64,000 nt of DNA from the NCBI GenBank assembly GCA_963707985.1, contig CAVPRW010000022.1, forward strand, positions 130,752-194,751, given 5' to 3'. Shown in pieces: positions 42,373 to 53,480 of this stretch (positions are counted from its first letter, which is position 1; the number at the start of each line of letters is the position of its first letter). This DNA comes from an uncultured Nitrospinota bacterium. GTDB lineage: Bacteria; Tectomicrobia; Entotheonellia; J063; CAVPRW01. The position numbers were made by a program, and so were the translations under genes. A model generated the notes under the pieces. It saw only the letters and a program-made list of their open reading frames with translations, searched no databases and was not told the DNA's origin.

Positions 42373-43412
42373 ATGGACGTTCTACTAACCTTCACCGGAT
42401 TCCAAGATCCATATGCGATAGGCTTGGTTGGCCAGGAAGAACAGTCTGGTCCCATTCTCTCGCTTGTGGCCGCGCGATCGTTCGAGCGGATTATTCTTTT
42501 TTCGACTCCGAACACTGAAAAGAACACCACGGCCACGAGCGATGTTCTTCGATCCTTATATCCCAAAATAGGCATTGAAGTCAGAGACCTACCACTGCAC
42601 GACCCTACCGATTATGTAGCGATCTTGACTGGGCTTCGGACTCATATTCGGGAGATCACCGACAGCACCTCGATAGCGAACTACTTCATCGGAGTTGCCT
42701 CAGGTACGCCGCAAATGCACGCCTGTTGGGTCTTGCTTGCGGCAAGCGGTGAGATACCCGCCCGCATCCTCAACGTGCGCCCTTCTCGGTTTGTGAGCAA
42801 GGACCGCCTTCTTGTATTTGAAGTTGACTTATCAGCGACAGAATTCCCACTCGTGCGAGCCAATATCTGTTCCGTTGAAACACCGGATGTGCCTCCTCCC
42901 GACCTGGAGACAGTGATAAGAGAATTGGGCATCGTCGGAGACCATCCTGCCATACGCAGGGCACTAGAAGTTGGAGCCGTTCTGGCGTCGTCCTCTGCAC
43001 CCATCCTCATTCTGGGTGAAACGGGCACGGGAAAGGAGCTTTTTGCACGGTTCGTCCATCGCCTGAGCGGACGCCTGTTGGATCGGTTTGTGCCCCTCAA
43101 CTGCGCCGCAATCCCGGCGGATCTGGTTGAAAGTATTCTTTTCGGCCATAAGAAGGGTGCATTCACCGGGGCAACGAGCGATCAGGCCGGGAAGTTTGAT
43201 CTAGCTGACGGTGGTACTCTATTTCTGGATGAACTGGGCGAATTGCCCGTACCGAGTCAGGCGAAACTCCTGCGCATCTTGCAGGACGGGCTTGTCGAGC
43301 CGCTCGGCGCAAAGACAGCTCACAAGGTGAATGTACGCGTCATCGCTGCAACGAATCAGGATTTGACGCAAGGCCATCCAACGCGGGAGATTTCGGGAGG
43401 ACCTCTTCTATC
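42373..43412 (+). pseudogene. RtcR-like sigma54 activator (CARF-like N-terminus + AAA+) truncated by IS1634
   Basis: LHDPTDY, SGTPQMHACW; GETGTGKE, GAFTGA, LFLDE; breaks at FREDLFY exactly at the IS end; HTH missing. Confidence 0.82.
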
Positions 43413-45141
43413 CTGACATTGAGCAACCTCTACCGGGGAGAAATTTGATATATCTGGCAGACCTTTTGCCCAAAGAGCTGGAGAATCTTTTTTCGTAGGG
43501 CGGTGAGACCCTCAATGACTATTTGGACGTGCCCTTGCACGGAAAAGGTCACGCGATTGATGCCCTCCAAGAGTTGGAAGACCCAGCGGAGGGTCGGTCG
43601 AGACCCCGGCTGCCCGATGTGGTTGGGGAGGGTGTCGTGGTGCTGTGCCAACTGGTGTCTCATCCGGCGTTGCGCGATGGAGTCGACCAACAACGCCAGG
43701 GTCATCACCATCAAAAGACCTTGGAGCCGAGACGGCCTCTTGATGAACAGCGACGACACAAAAAATAGGGGGTCCTTGAGAAAGCGGAACCCGCGCTCCA
43801 CCGCGCTTTGCCCTTTGTCGCCCGCCACCACCTCCGCATCAGTCAGGGCGGTGTCAGAAATGGTGGTACCCAGTACGAAACAGGCCTGGCGTTGCTGTGG
43901 GCGGGTGAGCTTGGCGGGGTCAGGGATCACGCTGGCATGGATCTGCCACTGGATCGCTTTCAGAGGCGTCTTTTGGGTCGGCCGGCCTTTGCGGGCATAC
44001 TGGAGATGAGGCGTAAGAGACACAGGCGCTATCTGATGATAGCGCCAACGCTGGGCGATCGTCTCTAAGGCCGCCCGGGCTTCGGTCTCCGACGGAAACC
44101 GGTGGGCCTGGAGATGGAAGAGCTGTTTCTGCACCTGCTCCGACTCTTTCGCCTGGGCTTTGGCGAGCGTCTGTTCCGCCCGCTGCCAGGCGTCCTGAGA
44201 CGACACGACCAGCCACCGTTGCGCCATGCCGTCATGGCACCGCTCCACCCGCTGATAGCGGACGGTCTCATCCAGGGGCTGCCACTCACCCCCGGCCCAG
44301 GTCTGCTCGATCACCTGCGGCGTGACGGTTCAGGTCTCGGGAATGCGAGTCATAAAAGGGAGATAGGCCAAGTTGGGTGCATGCGCTTCGGTGTCTCATT
44401 TGGCGTCAGCGATCAAGTACCGCGGGGTCTCACTGGCCTCGAACTGCGCGATCAACGCCTCACAGCGCTCCTTGAACACCACGGTATCCGACGCCTGGCC
44501 ATCCCCACTCTGGCTCATCAACGGTACCCCGCCATCTGGTGCAACCATCCATTCCAGCACCGCTTGCTTCAAATCCGGCCGGTGATCCTTGGCATAGCCG
44601 TAGGTGATCGCAATGGCCTGGGTGTCGGTCTCAGGCACATAGGCCCCTGTGAGGGAAAAACTGGTGGTGTCCAGACCGGTGAACTTGCGTTCAATCCCTT
44701 CCCGCTGGCACACTGCCAGCGCGACCTCGCTGAACAACATGTCACAACCATCGGCGAAGGCCTTGTCGAGGCTCCGACCGAGCTTGAAGCGGTTGAAAGG
44801 CTCCGCAGAGACGCCGTTGCGAAAGAGCACGCCGACAGGCTTGTTCGCAAAAAACTGTGGGGTCAAAGACATGGGGCGATCGGAAAAGCCCAGACCGTTG
44901 AGGATCATGCCGGCGATGGCTTCCCCGGTCGTGATATCCTCCTGGTCATCGAGCCTCAGGCGTGCGTTGATCATCTCAATGAGGCCTAAGTCCTTGATGA
45001 CGCCCGCAATGATCCCTAAATGGTCTCAGCGTTCCACGGTGATGACGTCCACGTTGGTCCCTCCCTGCATGGCTCTGAGTAGTCGCGCTAGTCAGGGGAG
45101 GATAACTCGTTTTTGCGCTATAGACACCTGCTCAATGTCGG
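43413..45141 (-). mobile_element. IS1634 family element, degraded transposase
   Basis: IRs C(T/C)GACATTGAGCA; LDTTSF, KDHRPDLKQ, QSAVERGFRFLKDP; no TSD. Confidence 0.85.
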
Positions 45142-45427
45142 TCAAGATAAGGGCTTCCAGGGATTCTGCCTGCAGGACGTCATGATCGTCCAACCCAAGA
45201 AGAAACCACCTGGAGGAGAACTCACGCCCCCTGAGAAAGCCACGAATCGTCGTATTTCCTCCATCAGAATCCGTATTGAACACGTCATTGGTGGGGTGAA
45301 ATGCTATAGGATCGTGAAGGACACAATTCGTCTCCTGAAGGATGGGCTGAGAGACGCCGTCATGGAAACGTGTTGTGGCTTGCATAACTTTCGCCTGCAG
45401 TACAGACCATGGCACTATGCATCATGA
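45142..45427 (+). mobile_element. IS5-family (ISL2-group/DDE_Tnp_4) transposase C-terminal remnant
   Basis: DKGFQG, KKPPGGELT, RIRIEHVIG, CGLHNFRL. Confidence 0.75.
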
Positions 45428-45771
45428 CAAATATTGAAGGTGTCTAATGATGACTCAAGCTCATTCTTTCGTTCTTGAAGCCCCTCGAGTCTCTTCTTGA
45501 GATCGGATATCTCTTTCTTGACCCTGCGCAACTCCGTTTGGTTTTTTACTTTGAGCAAGTAGTCCTCTCCAAGTTCTTCAGCTATGTATTTCTCAAGCTG
45601 ACTTCTCAAGACCCTGAGATACGGATTTCCCCATATCGCACCGTCGCGGTATTCAAGTTTGCCCCTCTGTATACCTTTGACAATGAAGTCCCGGCTCACG
45701 CCGTATTCAGCCTTGGCCGTTACGTCGCTCAGCGTCGCTCCCTTTCGATTCCATTCACCGTATTCCGCCAT
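45415..45771 (-). CDS. Hypothetical cassette protein with coiled-coil C-terminus
   Basis: Starts 14 bp after attC R'; lower GC; 3' end runs into the IS remnant. Confidence 0.75.
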   Translation of the reverse strand: MAEYGEWNRKGATLSDVTAKAEYGVSRDFIVKGIQRGKLEYRDGAIWGNPYLRVLRSQLEKYIAEELGEDYLLKVKNQTELRRVKKEISDLKKRLEGLQERKNELESSLDTFNICHDA

Positions 45772-45785
45772 TATGCACTCTTTCC

Positions 45786-45867
45786 ACCGAACGCTGGACC
45801 TCAGGCGCGGTGGGCAGCGGGAGCGGAGCGGACGCTGACCGCCGTCGCCTGCAGGCCGTAGTTAGGC
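45786..45867 (-). other. attC site (82 bp)
   Basis: GCCTAAC-TACGG-CCTGCAGG-...-CCTGAGG-TCCAGC-GTTCGGT. Confidence 0.9.
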
Positions 45868-45919
45868 GCGGACTCGATCAGCAGGTACGGACGTTCATGC
45901 GTAATTCGAGTTCACTGAA

Positions 45920-46348
45920 CTAGATCCATCCGAGTTCCTTCATGGCCAATCCAGCATGCCAGATCTTCGTCATGTGCCGGATCTTCTCACCGTCAAAATC
46001 CATCACATACACATAGTCTGTCTTCACACTCTTGCCAGTTGGTGGGCAGGGGCCACCCTGGCCCGTATGCGTGCCAGAGAAGACCCCGTACGCACAGACG
46101 CTCTTCCGCTCATCATCCGTGCCAAAGGACTTCAGTTCATAGCGTCCGTCAGGGATAAATGTCAGCAAACCCTTCATCCAGTCCGTGTACTGCTGCAGGG
46201 TCTTCACGCCAGCAAGCGGCTCAGCTTGTGCAGAAAAAGTCGCATCCGTTTTGCAGTACGCTTTGCATCCCTCCCATCCTTTGCCCGTTTCGCACGCCTC
46301 GAAGAATTTCTTGGCAATCTCTGTAATCGACGTCATGGTTTTCTCCAC
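45920..46348 (-). CDS. SnoaL-like/ester cyclase (NTF2 fold) cassette protein
   Basis: FSGTHTG..GP.PPTGKSV..DYVYVM.FDGEKI. Confidence 0.85.
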   Translation of the reverse strand: MEKTMTSITEIAKKFFEACETGKGWEGCKAYCKTDATFSAQAEPLAGVKTLQQYTDWMKGLLTFIPDGRYELKSFGTDDERKSVCAYGVFSGTHTGQGGPCPPTGKSVKTDYVYVMDFDGEKIRHMTKIWHAGLAMKELGWI

Positions 46349-46535
46349 GTTGACAATGGTTGGAACGGAGTCGCTGACGACTCTGAGTACAGCTCACATC
46401 AAGAGGCCTCTCTGCAACCGCCGTCTCTTTCCTCGTCGTCCCGCGACAGGGTATAGGACAGTGAAACGCTCTTGTGCCAATGAACACTGTTGCTTCAGCC
46501 AGGGCAGACCTCCTTTCTACGCCGATGGGATTTGC

Positions 46536-46594
46536 GCCTAACGCCAGGCCTGAGCCGCGCGGGTCACCGCGTCGGCTCCAGGCCCTGGTTCGGC
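46536..46594 (-). other. attC site (59 bp, classic 59-base element)
   Basis: GCCGAAC-CAGGG-CCTGGAGC-CGACGCGGTGACCCGCGCG-GCTCAGG-CCTGGC-GTTAGGC. Confidence 0.93.
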
Positions 46595-46631
46595 CCTGGA
46601 TGTTGCCCTTGAGAGGGAAAGTGTGCTCTTA

Positions 46632-48050
46632 CCCAGATTTTGCGCAAAATTCGGGGGGTTCAAAACTGAGCAAATAGTCTTGTCAGGCACGCCAGCATTG
46701 ACTTGGCGAGGGGATGAGACGCTTTCAGTCGCAACTTGACGATTTGCCCCTCTTCGACCATCACTTTACCAGGGATCGGAAAGAGCTCTTTGACAATCCG
46801 ATAGATGCCCTGCGTCGGCAAAGGGCGAAGCGTGGAAGAGCCATCCGCGGGTCCATGCCAGCAGGTTGTGGGCCAAGTCTGTCAGCAACACCAGAGCCTC
46901 CTGGGCAGCCAGCCGCTGCTTGCGTCGCCGGTGAACCTGCAGGCCCCCTTTATCGGCTTTGAACTCGGCTTCGATCGCCGCACGGTCATCATAGGCGTCG
47001 GCCAGCTCCCTCAAAGAGTACTCCCGCAGCGAAGTCGTCAACAGGCTATGCCTGTACTGGCCCTGCTCGGTCTTCCACTTCAACACCGCGGTCTGGGTGC
47101 GCCGATAATAGTGGAGCGGTGTGGGCGCAGGGGCAATCCAGCGCTCCCCTGGGCGCAGCTCCTCCCACCGGGGCACAGCCCGGGCGAAGGCGTTCGCCCG
47201 CTTGCCACTGTACGCCTTTGGCCAGCACGTGGTACCCATGCCAGAGGGCCCAGTTGAGGTTCGCATCGGTGCCAAACCCGCCGTCGAGCCGGAGCACGGT
47301 GCATCGGCGCTGAGCCGGTGTCAGGCCCAGCACCCGCTCCGCTACGGCGACTGTGGGGTGCAGGCAGGCTTGACTGGTTGGGTTGCCGGGATAGACCAGT
47401 GACACCAGACTTTCATGGTACTGCGGGACGCTGACCCGGGCAAGTTGGCGCCCACGGCGGTTTTTTCCCCGCTGAAGTAGCCCTTGGTGCTGGCTTCAGC
47501 GCGGCGGCCGGCCGGTAACCCCGTCAGGTCAATGTCCAAGAATAGCAGTTCGTGCTCAAAGGGATGGTGCAGTGCCTGCCCCTCCCGCCGGTAGATCTGC
47601 TCGACGGCGGTCCGCAACTGAGCCACCGCCTGCGGAGTAAAGGCATCCAGTCGACGGGCTATCGTCGACTGGTCGGCAAACCCGTCCCGGCCCCACGCGG
47701 CGGCGAGCGCCGTATCGGGCCGCAGGCGTGTGTTGATCTGCTTGAGCGACGCGCAGTCCGCCAGCATGCTGACGACGATGTCGAGCAGTTTCTCCTGGGG
47801 TGCGTGCAAGACCGTCTTGCAGTCGAGCTGGACGTGCTCGCGCAGGGGCGCAAAGAAATCCTGCTGCTGCAGAAAGGCGCCAAGTGCGGCCAAAGGAGCA
47901 TACGCCGTGTTACTGGTCATTGCCGCTCAACCTAGGCGCTTTATCATGCTGGCATACCTCCGTCTTGAGGACCTCAAATTGCCGGTAGTATGCCAGTTTA
48001 GAATCCATTTTCATAGTTTTGATCCCCCCTATTTTTGCGCAAAAGCTAGG
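46632..48050 (-). mobile_element. IS1380-like element, frameshifted transposase
   Basis: IRs CC(C/T)AG(A/C)TTTTGCGCAAAA; TSD TCTTA on both sides; LDIDLT, LRLDGGF, RAAIEAEFK. Confidence 0.8.
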
Positions 48051-48064
48051 TCTTAAGCAAAACC

Positions 48065-48412
48065 CTAGCCTCTGTCAGGGACACGCAATTCCTCACGAAT
48101 GACGCGGCGAAGCAGCTTCTCGAGAGACTCCTTCTGGCCTTCGATATGCGCACGCAGAGCCGTGTTGATCAGCGGCTGATAGTTGCCCCCACCCACCGCT
48201 TCAACTTGCTCTTTAAACCAGCGCACCACATCTGCATCCAACCGAATGGTGATGCGCACCTTGCGAGTCACTTCGGGGATGATCTCCCGAAGCGGCTTCA
48301 TCGCCGCCAGCTGTTCGTCCGTCAGCGGCGGAATATCAGAGTAATCAATGGTCTCATCCGTCATGGCGTCGATCCGCTTCAGATCGCTTTTGATCATAGC
48401 TTCTTTGCTCAC
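48065..48412 (-). CDS. brnA: BrnA antitoxin
   Basis: IDYSDIPPL, KVRITIRLDADVVRWFK, GNYQPLIN. Confidence 0.88.
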   Translation of the reverse strand: MSKEAMIKSDLKRIDAMTDETIDYSDIPPLTDEQLAAMKPLREIIPEVTRKVRITIRLDADVVRWFKEQVEAVGGGNYQPLINTALRAHIEGQKESLEKLLRRVIREELRVPDRG

Positions 48413-48650
48413 GTTGGTTGGCCTTCCTCATGGAGAGGATACGAATGACGTCACCGCGTACGGTAAAGACGACCACCACAAGACGCCCGAAGAGCGGCCC
48501 GTACAAAATAAAGCGTGGCTCCCCATACTGCCGTCGCGTATCCTCGGCGGCAAATGTCTCATCGGTGAACACCCAATGGGCATCCTCAAAATCCAGGCCA
48601 TGTTTGGCCACATTGCTCAAGCGTTTGTTTTCGTCCCACGTAAATTCCAT
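48354..48650 (-). CDS. brnT: BrnT toxin
   Basis: FTWDENKRLSNVAKHGLDF, YGEPR, IRILSMRKAN. Confidence 0.9.
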   Translation of the reverse strand: MEFTWDENKRLSNVAKHGLDFEDAHWVFTDETFAAEDTRRQYGEPRFILYGPLFGRLVVVVFTVRGDVIRILSMRKANQREQRSYDQKRSEADRRHDG

Positions 48651-48657
48651 GAGTGGC

Positions 48658-48671
48658 ATTGTATGCACAAT
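48658..48671. promoter_or_regulatory. Palindrome overlapping a -10-like TACAAT; candidate BrnA operator
   Basis: Minus strand ATTGTGCATACAAT just before brnT. Confidence 0.45.
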
Positions 48672-48768
48672 CGGTGTATATGTCGAGAGGGACAATGGGT
48701 TTCATCGGCGAGATGATTAGATAGACGCAATAGCGTGTCAAGGGCTCGGTGGCCTTAGCTGGGCGGGG

Positions 48769-49686
48769 GCCGAACGCTGCTGCATCAGGCGCGGCCGGCA
48801 GCGGGAGCGAGGCACGAGCGGACGCTGTTAGCCGTCGCCTGCCGGGTAGAGCCGGTGGTTACCCACCCGGCCCCCCCACAGACCCGTACGTGCGCAATTA
48901 ACGCATACGGTTCCTCAGGCAGAGCGGCTGCTGCCCACGCAAGGACCCACCGTGCTCCGCAGTCCCCTGGCGTGCCGTGATCAGGGTTGGTGAGCTCTAA
49001 GTCTCTCCCCTGTCTCCGGCCAGCGGATGCTCTGCCCGACGGCGCCTTCCCTCCCGTGGGTCGCTTGGGCCTCACGTCCCCACCTTCCTCGGTACTATGC
49101 GCCGCGACGACTGCCCCCCTGCCCGTCTCGGAGTCCTTCGCTGGTCGCTCGTTCCCCGATACCCTGCTCGCTTCCAGCGTTCGTGGTCTCCCAAACGGGC
49201 TCGTGGCCAGGTGGAAGCCCCTAGTCACGCCAGGGCTTTTGGTCCGCCGGTCCCCCATTCCGGCACTGTAACAAGGAGGCAGGTGGCTCTCCCAAGTTCC
49301 CGAGTGCCCCCTATGGCTACATGCCCCGCTCTCAGACCCCGGTGGTGTCCTGCACCCTCGCCATAGCGCGTGCAGGACTGCTGCCTTCCAGCGCATGCAA
49401 ACCGTCGGCTTTCCCCTCGCTACTACCTTGAGGGATATCCTCATGACCACGACTATACCCATTTCGGGGCTCCATCACGCGGCCTGCACCCTCGCTCCAT
49501 CCAGCTTCGTACGGCCCCGTACGGGGAAGCACGTGGATGTCACTCCTGACCGGCTGGCTCAGCTTTGGTCAGGTGGGACTGGCACAACTTGTGCGCACCC
49601 ACTGGGTCACAACAGCCAATTTCATGGGTTTCCACCCAATTCCAAGGTCTCGGGCTTACCTTGGCGCGAGCATGCCGTGGTTAGGC
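48769..49686 (-). other. attC site (89 bp when rejoined) split by a group II intron
   Basis: GCCTAAC-CACGG-CATGC|intron|AGG-CGACGG...CCTGATG-CAGCAGC-GTTCGGC. Confidence 0.88.
48841..49669 (-). mobile_element. ORF-less group II intron (829 nt)
   Basis: Domain V GAACCGTATGCGTTAATTGCGCACGTACGGGTC, domain VI ending CTCTACCCGGC, 5' TCGCGCC, candidate EBS1 GCATGC at 49393-49398; no RT ORF. Confidence 0.88.
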
Positions 49687-49693
49687 CCCAGGG

Positions 49694-50982
49694 GGTACAG
49701 ACCGGGTACACTGGTGACCGTTTAGACCGGCAACATCGGTGACAGTCTGCTCATGTGCAGGCGCATCAGGAGGTGCGCCATGCCGTGGAACGAGACCGAC
49801 CCGATGATTGAACGCACGCAGTGCATCGCGGCTTACCTGAGCCACGTATACTCTATGACCGAGCGGTGCGAGCGCTTCGGCATTCGTCGCCACACCGGCT
49901 ACACGTGGGTACGCCGCGATCCCGCGCAAGGACCGGCGGGGCTCCCGGAGCAAAGCCGTGCGCCACACCGCTCCCCCCACCGTATGTCAGAGGAGGTGGA
50001 AGCGGTCCTCTTGGAAGCCAAACGGGCTCACCTGCACTGGGGTCCGCGCCAGATGTCTGCCTGACCTCGCACGCCGTCGGCCGGACCTGGCCCGGCCGGC
50101 GCCGCGCACCGTGGGCGCGCGGTGCCAACGCGCCGGCTGAAGGCAAGCGCGCACACGCCGCCGTGGGCACCGACAGCCAGGGGCCATCCCCGTGCAGGCC
50201 GAGCCCCCGAACGCCGTCTGGACGGCGGACTGCAAGGGCCAGTTCCGCACTGGCGATGGCCTCTCCTGCTCCCCCTTGACGGTGGCCGACGCCTACCGCC
50301 GCTTTCTCTGAGGTGGCTCGGCGCGGCTCTCGACCCAGCAGGTGGAGGCCCGCCCCATCTTCGCGCGCCTGTTCCCGGACGATGGCCTGCCCGCCGCGAT
50401 GCGCCCGGACAACGGCCCGCCCTTCGCCACCCCGGCCTTCTGCGGCCTGAGCCAGCTCTCCGTGTGGGGGATCACGCTTGGCAGCCGCCCTCAACGCATT
50501 GAACCGGGGCGCCCAGAGCAGCACGGGGCACACGAGCGCCTGCACCGCACCCGCAAAGCTGAAGCCACCCGGCCACCGGCGCACCACCAGGCGGCACAAC
50601 CAGCACGCTTCGACCGCTGCCGCCGTGCGTACAACGACGAGCGCCCACATGCAGCCCTGAACGACAGGACACCGGCCGCGCTCGAGCGGCCCTCCGCGCG
50701 CGCGGCCCGCTCAGCTGCCCGCACCAACCTATCCGGGCCACGACGTGGGGCGTCGGGGCAGCCATGCCGGGACCTTGCGCTTCCAGGCACGCCAGCTCTT
50801 CATCAGCCATACGCTGCGACAAGAGGACCTCGCCTTGGAGGAGACCGCAGAGGGCATCGGGTCCATCTACTTCGATGACGTCCTGCTGGCCCGGCTCGCT
50901 GCACGTGACTTGAAGCTGTACGTCTGAAAAGTGTCATTGCTGTCGCCGGTCTAACCTGTCACCGATGTTCCCGGTTGCTACA
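49694..50982 (+). mobile_element. IS481 family element, degraded
   Basis: Long imperfect IRs (GGTACAGACCGGG... / ...CCCGGTTGCTACA); MPW.E, WTADCKG, DNGPPF, HGAHER. Confidence 0.85.
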
Positions 50983-51087
50983 GTGGGCGTAGGCGACGCA
51001 CTTTTGGCGTCCGGTTTTGGGCATAGCGCGATGCTACCTGACAAGCCAGCTTTGACAAGCTCGCACGGTTCAGAGCGGCAGTCGCCA

Positions 51088-51768
51088 TCACGGAGCGGCA
51101 GGCTCCATGCCCTTCGCCTTGATTACCGCCGCTGACTCCGGCGTGCGCAGGAAATCGACCAGCGCCTTCGCTGCCTCGGCATCCTTGGCGCCACCCATGA
51201 TAGCCGCCGAAAAGACGATGGTGTTCTGGAGATCGCCCGGCAGCGGGCCGACGATATCGATGCCGGCGACCGGAATAAGCACCTGGAATGAGGTGCACGC
51301 CGATCTCGGCCTCGCCGTTTGCAACCAGACTCCAACCGCGCCGGGGTCTTGGGGTTGGGGAAGATCGTCTTCGATTTCATCTCGTTGGCGATCCCCAAGC
51401 GATCGAGCACCTTGGCGAAATGGATGCCGCTCGCGCCGCCGCCCGCTGGATCGAGATAGGAGATCGACTTCGCGGCGAGCAGCGTGCGCTTCAACGCTTC
51501 GGGCGACGAGATGTCGGGCTTGGGGGCGCCCTTGCGAACGGCCACGCTGATGCCGGCGCGGGCGAGCACAGTCACGTTGCCCGCAGCAGCCTTGCCGTCC
51601 TTCACCAAGCCGTCGATCCCCTGACTGGGGAATGATGACGACATCGGCGGTTTCGCCATCCTGGACACGTTTTACGATCGCGCCCAGGGTGGCGAACGTG
51701 ATCGCGAGCTTGTGTCCGGTCGCGCGCTCGAACTTCGGCCCGAGGTCTTCCATGATCGCCTGCATCAC
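51088..51768 (-). pseudogene. ModA-like substrate-binding protein, 5'-truncated and frameshifted
   Basis: GISVAVRKGAPKPDISS, DPAGGGASG.HF, VGPLPGDLQ, KGMEP. Confidence 0.75.
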
Positions 51769-51784
51769 CCCTTAAAGATACAAG

Positions 51785-51921
51785 GCTGTAGGCAGTCAGG
51801 TGCAGCGCCAGACTGTGTCAAAAGTCGATTTTTCGACAATGCGGTCTAACAAAATCAATAGCTTGCAAAGCCCATATTCTCCAAAAACGGAGTTTTGACA
51901 CAGTCTGGCGCTTGGTTAGGT
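51785..51921 (-). other. Truncated attC (R''-L'') overlapping the hydroxylase stop codon, interrupted by a MITE
   Basis: After MITE removal: ACCTAAC-CAAGC-GCTGCACC-TGACTGCCTACAGC; last 14 nt identical to attC 61575-61663. Confidence 0.78.
51809..51907. mobile_element. 99-bp MITE (ends resemble IS1182/IS5 type)
   Basis: Perfect 15-bp IRs CAGACTGTGTCAAAA; 4-bp TSD GCGC. Confidence 0.85.
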
Positions 51922-53406
51922 GATTCCCACCCCACTTTCCTGGGGAACACCAGGGGCGCTGTAGCTCGCCATCAAGTCGTCGACGATCTGGTGGAACTCC
52001 TGCCACGGCGTCTCGCGATAGGCATGCCCACGCACGATAAACGGCGCTCCAGCGTAAAACTTCTCGTACTGCAGGTGCCGCCCAGCAAATTCCGAACCGA
52101 CCATATCCCAGGCGAGTTTGAAGAGCTTCATGCGCGACACGGCGTCCGCTTGCGGGGTCTGGAAATAGGTCAGGAACTGCGCGGCAAGGTGTGGGTCCTC
52201 GAGGACCGAGATGTCTGCTGGCAGCTGGAACACGCTGCCACCGGAGAGCTCGCGGAGTTGATCGATAAACATCGTGTAGTTCTGCGTACACCATTCGAGG
52301 GCCGCATACATCATGCGCCGGTTAAAGCAGACGTACCCGTCCGGCCAGCGTTCATAGGCGTTAATCTGCCCATGGACCATGCCGGCGATCACGCTCTCGA
52401 CGGCGGACATTTTGCCGAGCGTTTCCCGCACGCCTGGCGTCTGGTCGGCGCCAGTCGCGTGCGCGATCTTGCTACAGAGGCCGAGCAGCAGACGCATCTT
52501 GGACCAGTAGCGCACATTGGATTGGTGATTGCCAAAGCAGTGGCTGGGCGTCTTGATATAGATCTCCCGTGCCAACACGGCATCGTCGTGCACAAAGACC
52601 CGCTCCCAGGGGACTTTGACGTGCTCGCACAGCACCATGCTGTCGGTTTCGTCGTAGCGATAGGCGAGAGGCGCATCGAACTCCATGTGGCATGCGCGTT
52701 CCATCGACTTGCGCGACCACAGGGTCAGCCCCGGCGCATGACACGGAATGGCACACGTGATGGCTTCTTTTTTCTGGTCTGGTGCCAGTGGGATCACGTT
52801 GCCAATCCAGATTTCGTTGGCGAGGACCGCGCCCGTGGCGAGCATTTTCATCCCGCTGATCACCACGCCGTCGTCCTCCTCGCGCACGACGCGGAGGGTG
52901 GGCACCGGCAGGTTGCGCTGTTGGTAAAACGCCGGATCACGGGCCGCTTGGGGAGGCAGCACGGCATAGACCGTGTAGAGGTCGTGGTCACGGATGTGCC
53001 GGTAGTAGGCGAGCAGATGGTCCGGATGGCCATGCGGCGGCGTGAGTTCGTCCACCTTCATGGCCATGCCGGTCACGAAGCTGGCGACGTGATCCGGCGA
53101 CCGCCCAAACAGGCCATATGTCAGGTCGGCGATGGTTCGATGCCCGAGCATGCGCCGCTGGAGATCGTCCCGCGTCTTTGGGCGCAAGTAGTAGATAGAA
53201 TGGCGGCCACCGTCTTCCTCGTAGGTCATGGTCTCACGCTGCGCCGGGTCGGCCTTCATGTCGTAGAGCCTCGCGACCGTGCGCACAGCGTTACGAAACG
53301 CGGGATGCGTCGTGACGTCCTCGATCCGTTCGTTCCCAAGGTAGACAACCCGCCCGTCCCGCAAGCCTTGGATAAATTCAGCACCAGTACGAATGCCCAT
53401 ACTCAA
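51916..53406 (-). CDS. 4-hydroxyphenylacetate 3-hydroxylase family (HpaB-like) flavin monooxygenase
   Basis: DVTTHPAF, GRSPDH, GMKMLATGA, RYDETD, VPWERVF, GSEFAGRHLQYEKFYAG. Confidence 0.9.
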   Translation of the reverse strand: MSMGIRTGAEFIQGLRDGRVVYLGNERIEDVTTHPAFRNAVRTVARLYDMKADPAQRETMTYEEDGGRHSIYYLRPKTRDDLQRRMLGHRTIADLTYGLFGRSPDHVASFVTGMAMKVDELTPPHGHPDHLLAYYRHIRDHDLYTVYAVLPPQAARDPAFYQQRNLPVPTLRVVREEDDGVVISGMKMLATGAVLANEIWIGNVIPLAPDQKKEAITCAIPCHAPGLTLWSRKSMERACHMEFDAPLAYRYDETDSMVLCEHVKVPWERVFVHDDAVLAREIYIKTPSHCFGNHQSNVRYWSKMRLLLGLCSKIAHATGADQTPGVRETLGKMSAVESVIAGMVHGQINAYERWPDGYVCFNRRMMYAALEWCTQNYTMFIDQLRELSGGSVFQLPADISVLEDPHLAAQFLTYFQTPQADAVSRMKLFKLAWDMVGSEFAGRHLQYEKFYAGAPFIVRGHAYRETPWQEFHQIVDDLMASYSAPGVPQESGVGIT

Positions 53407-53480
53407 TCCCCAGGTTACAGGTTATTGGTTTCTCGTTTCTGGTCTCTCGTTTTCCGTCTTCCGTCTCCCACCTCCCACCT

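Noticed and set aside
48785..49462. 225-aa ORF as an intron-encoded protein
   Set aside because: No RT motifs (YADD); it simply reads through structured intron RNA.
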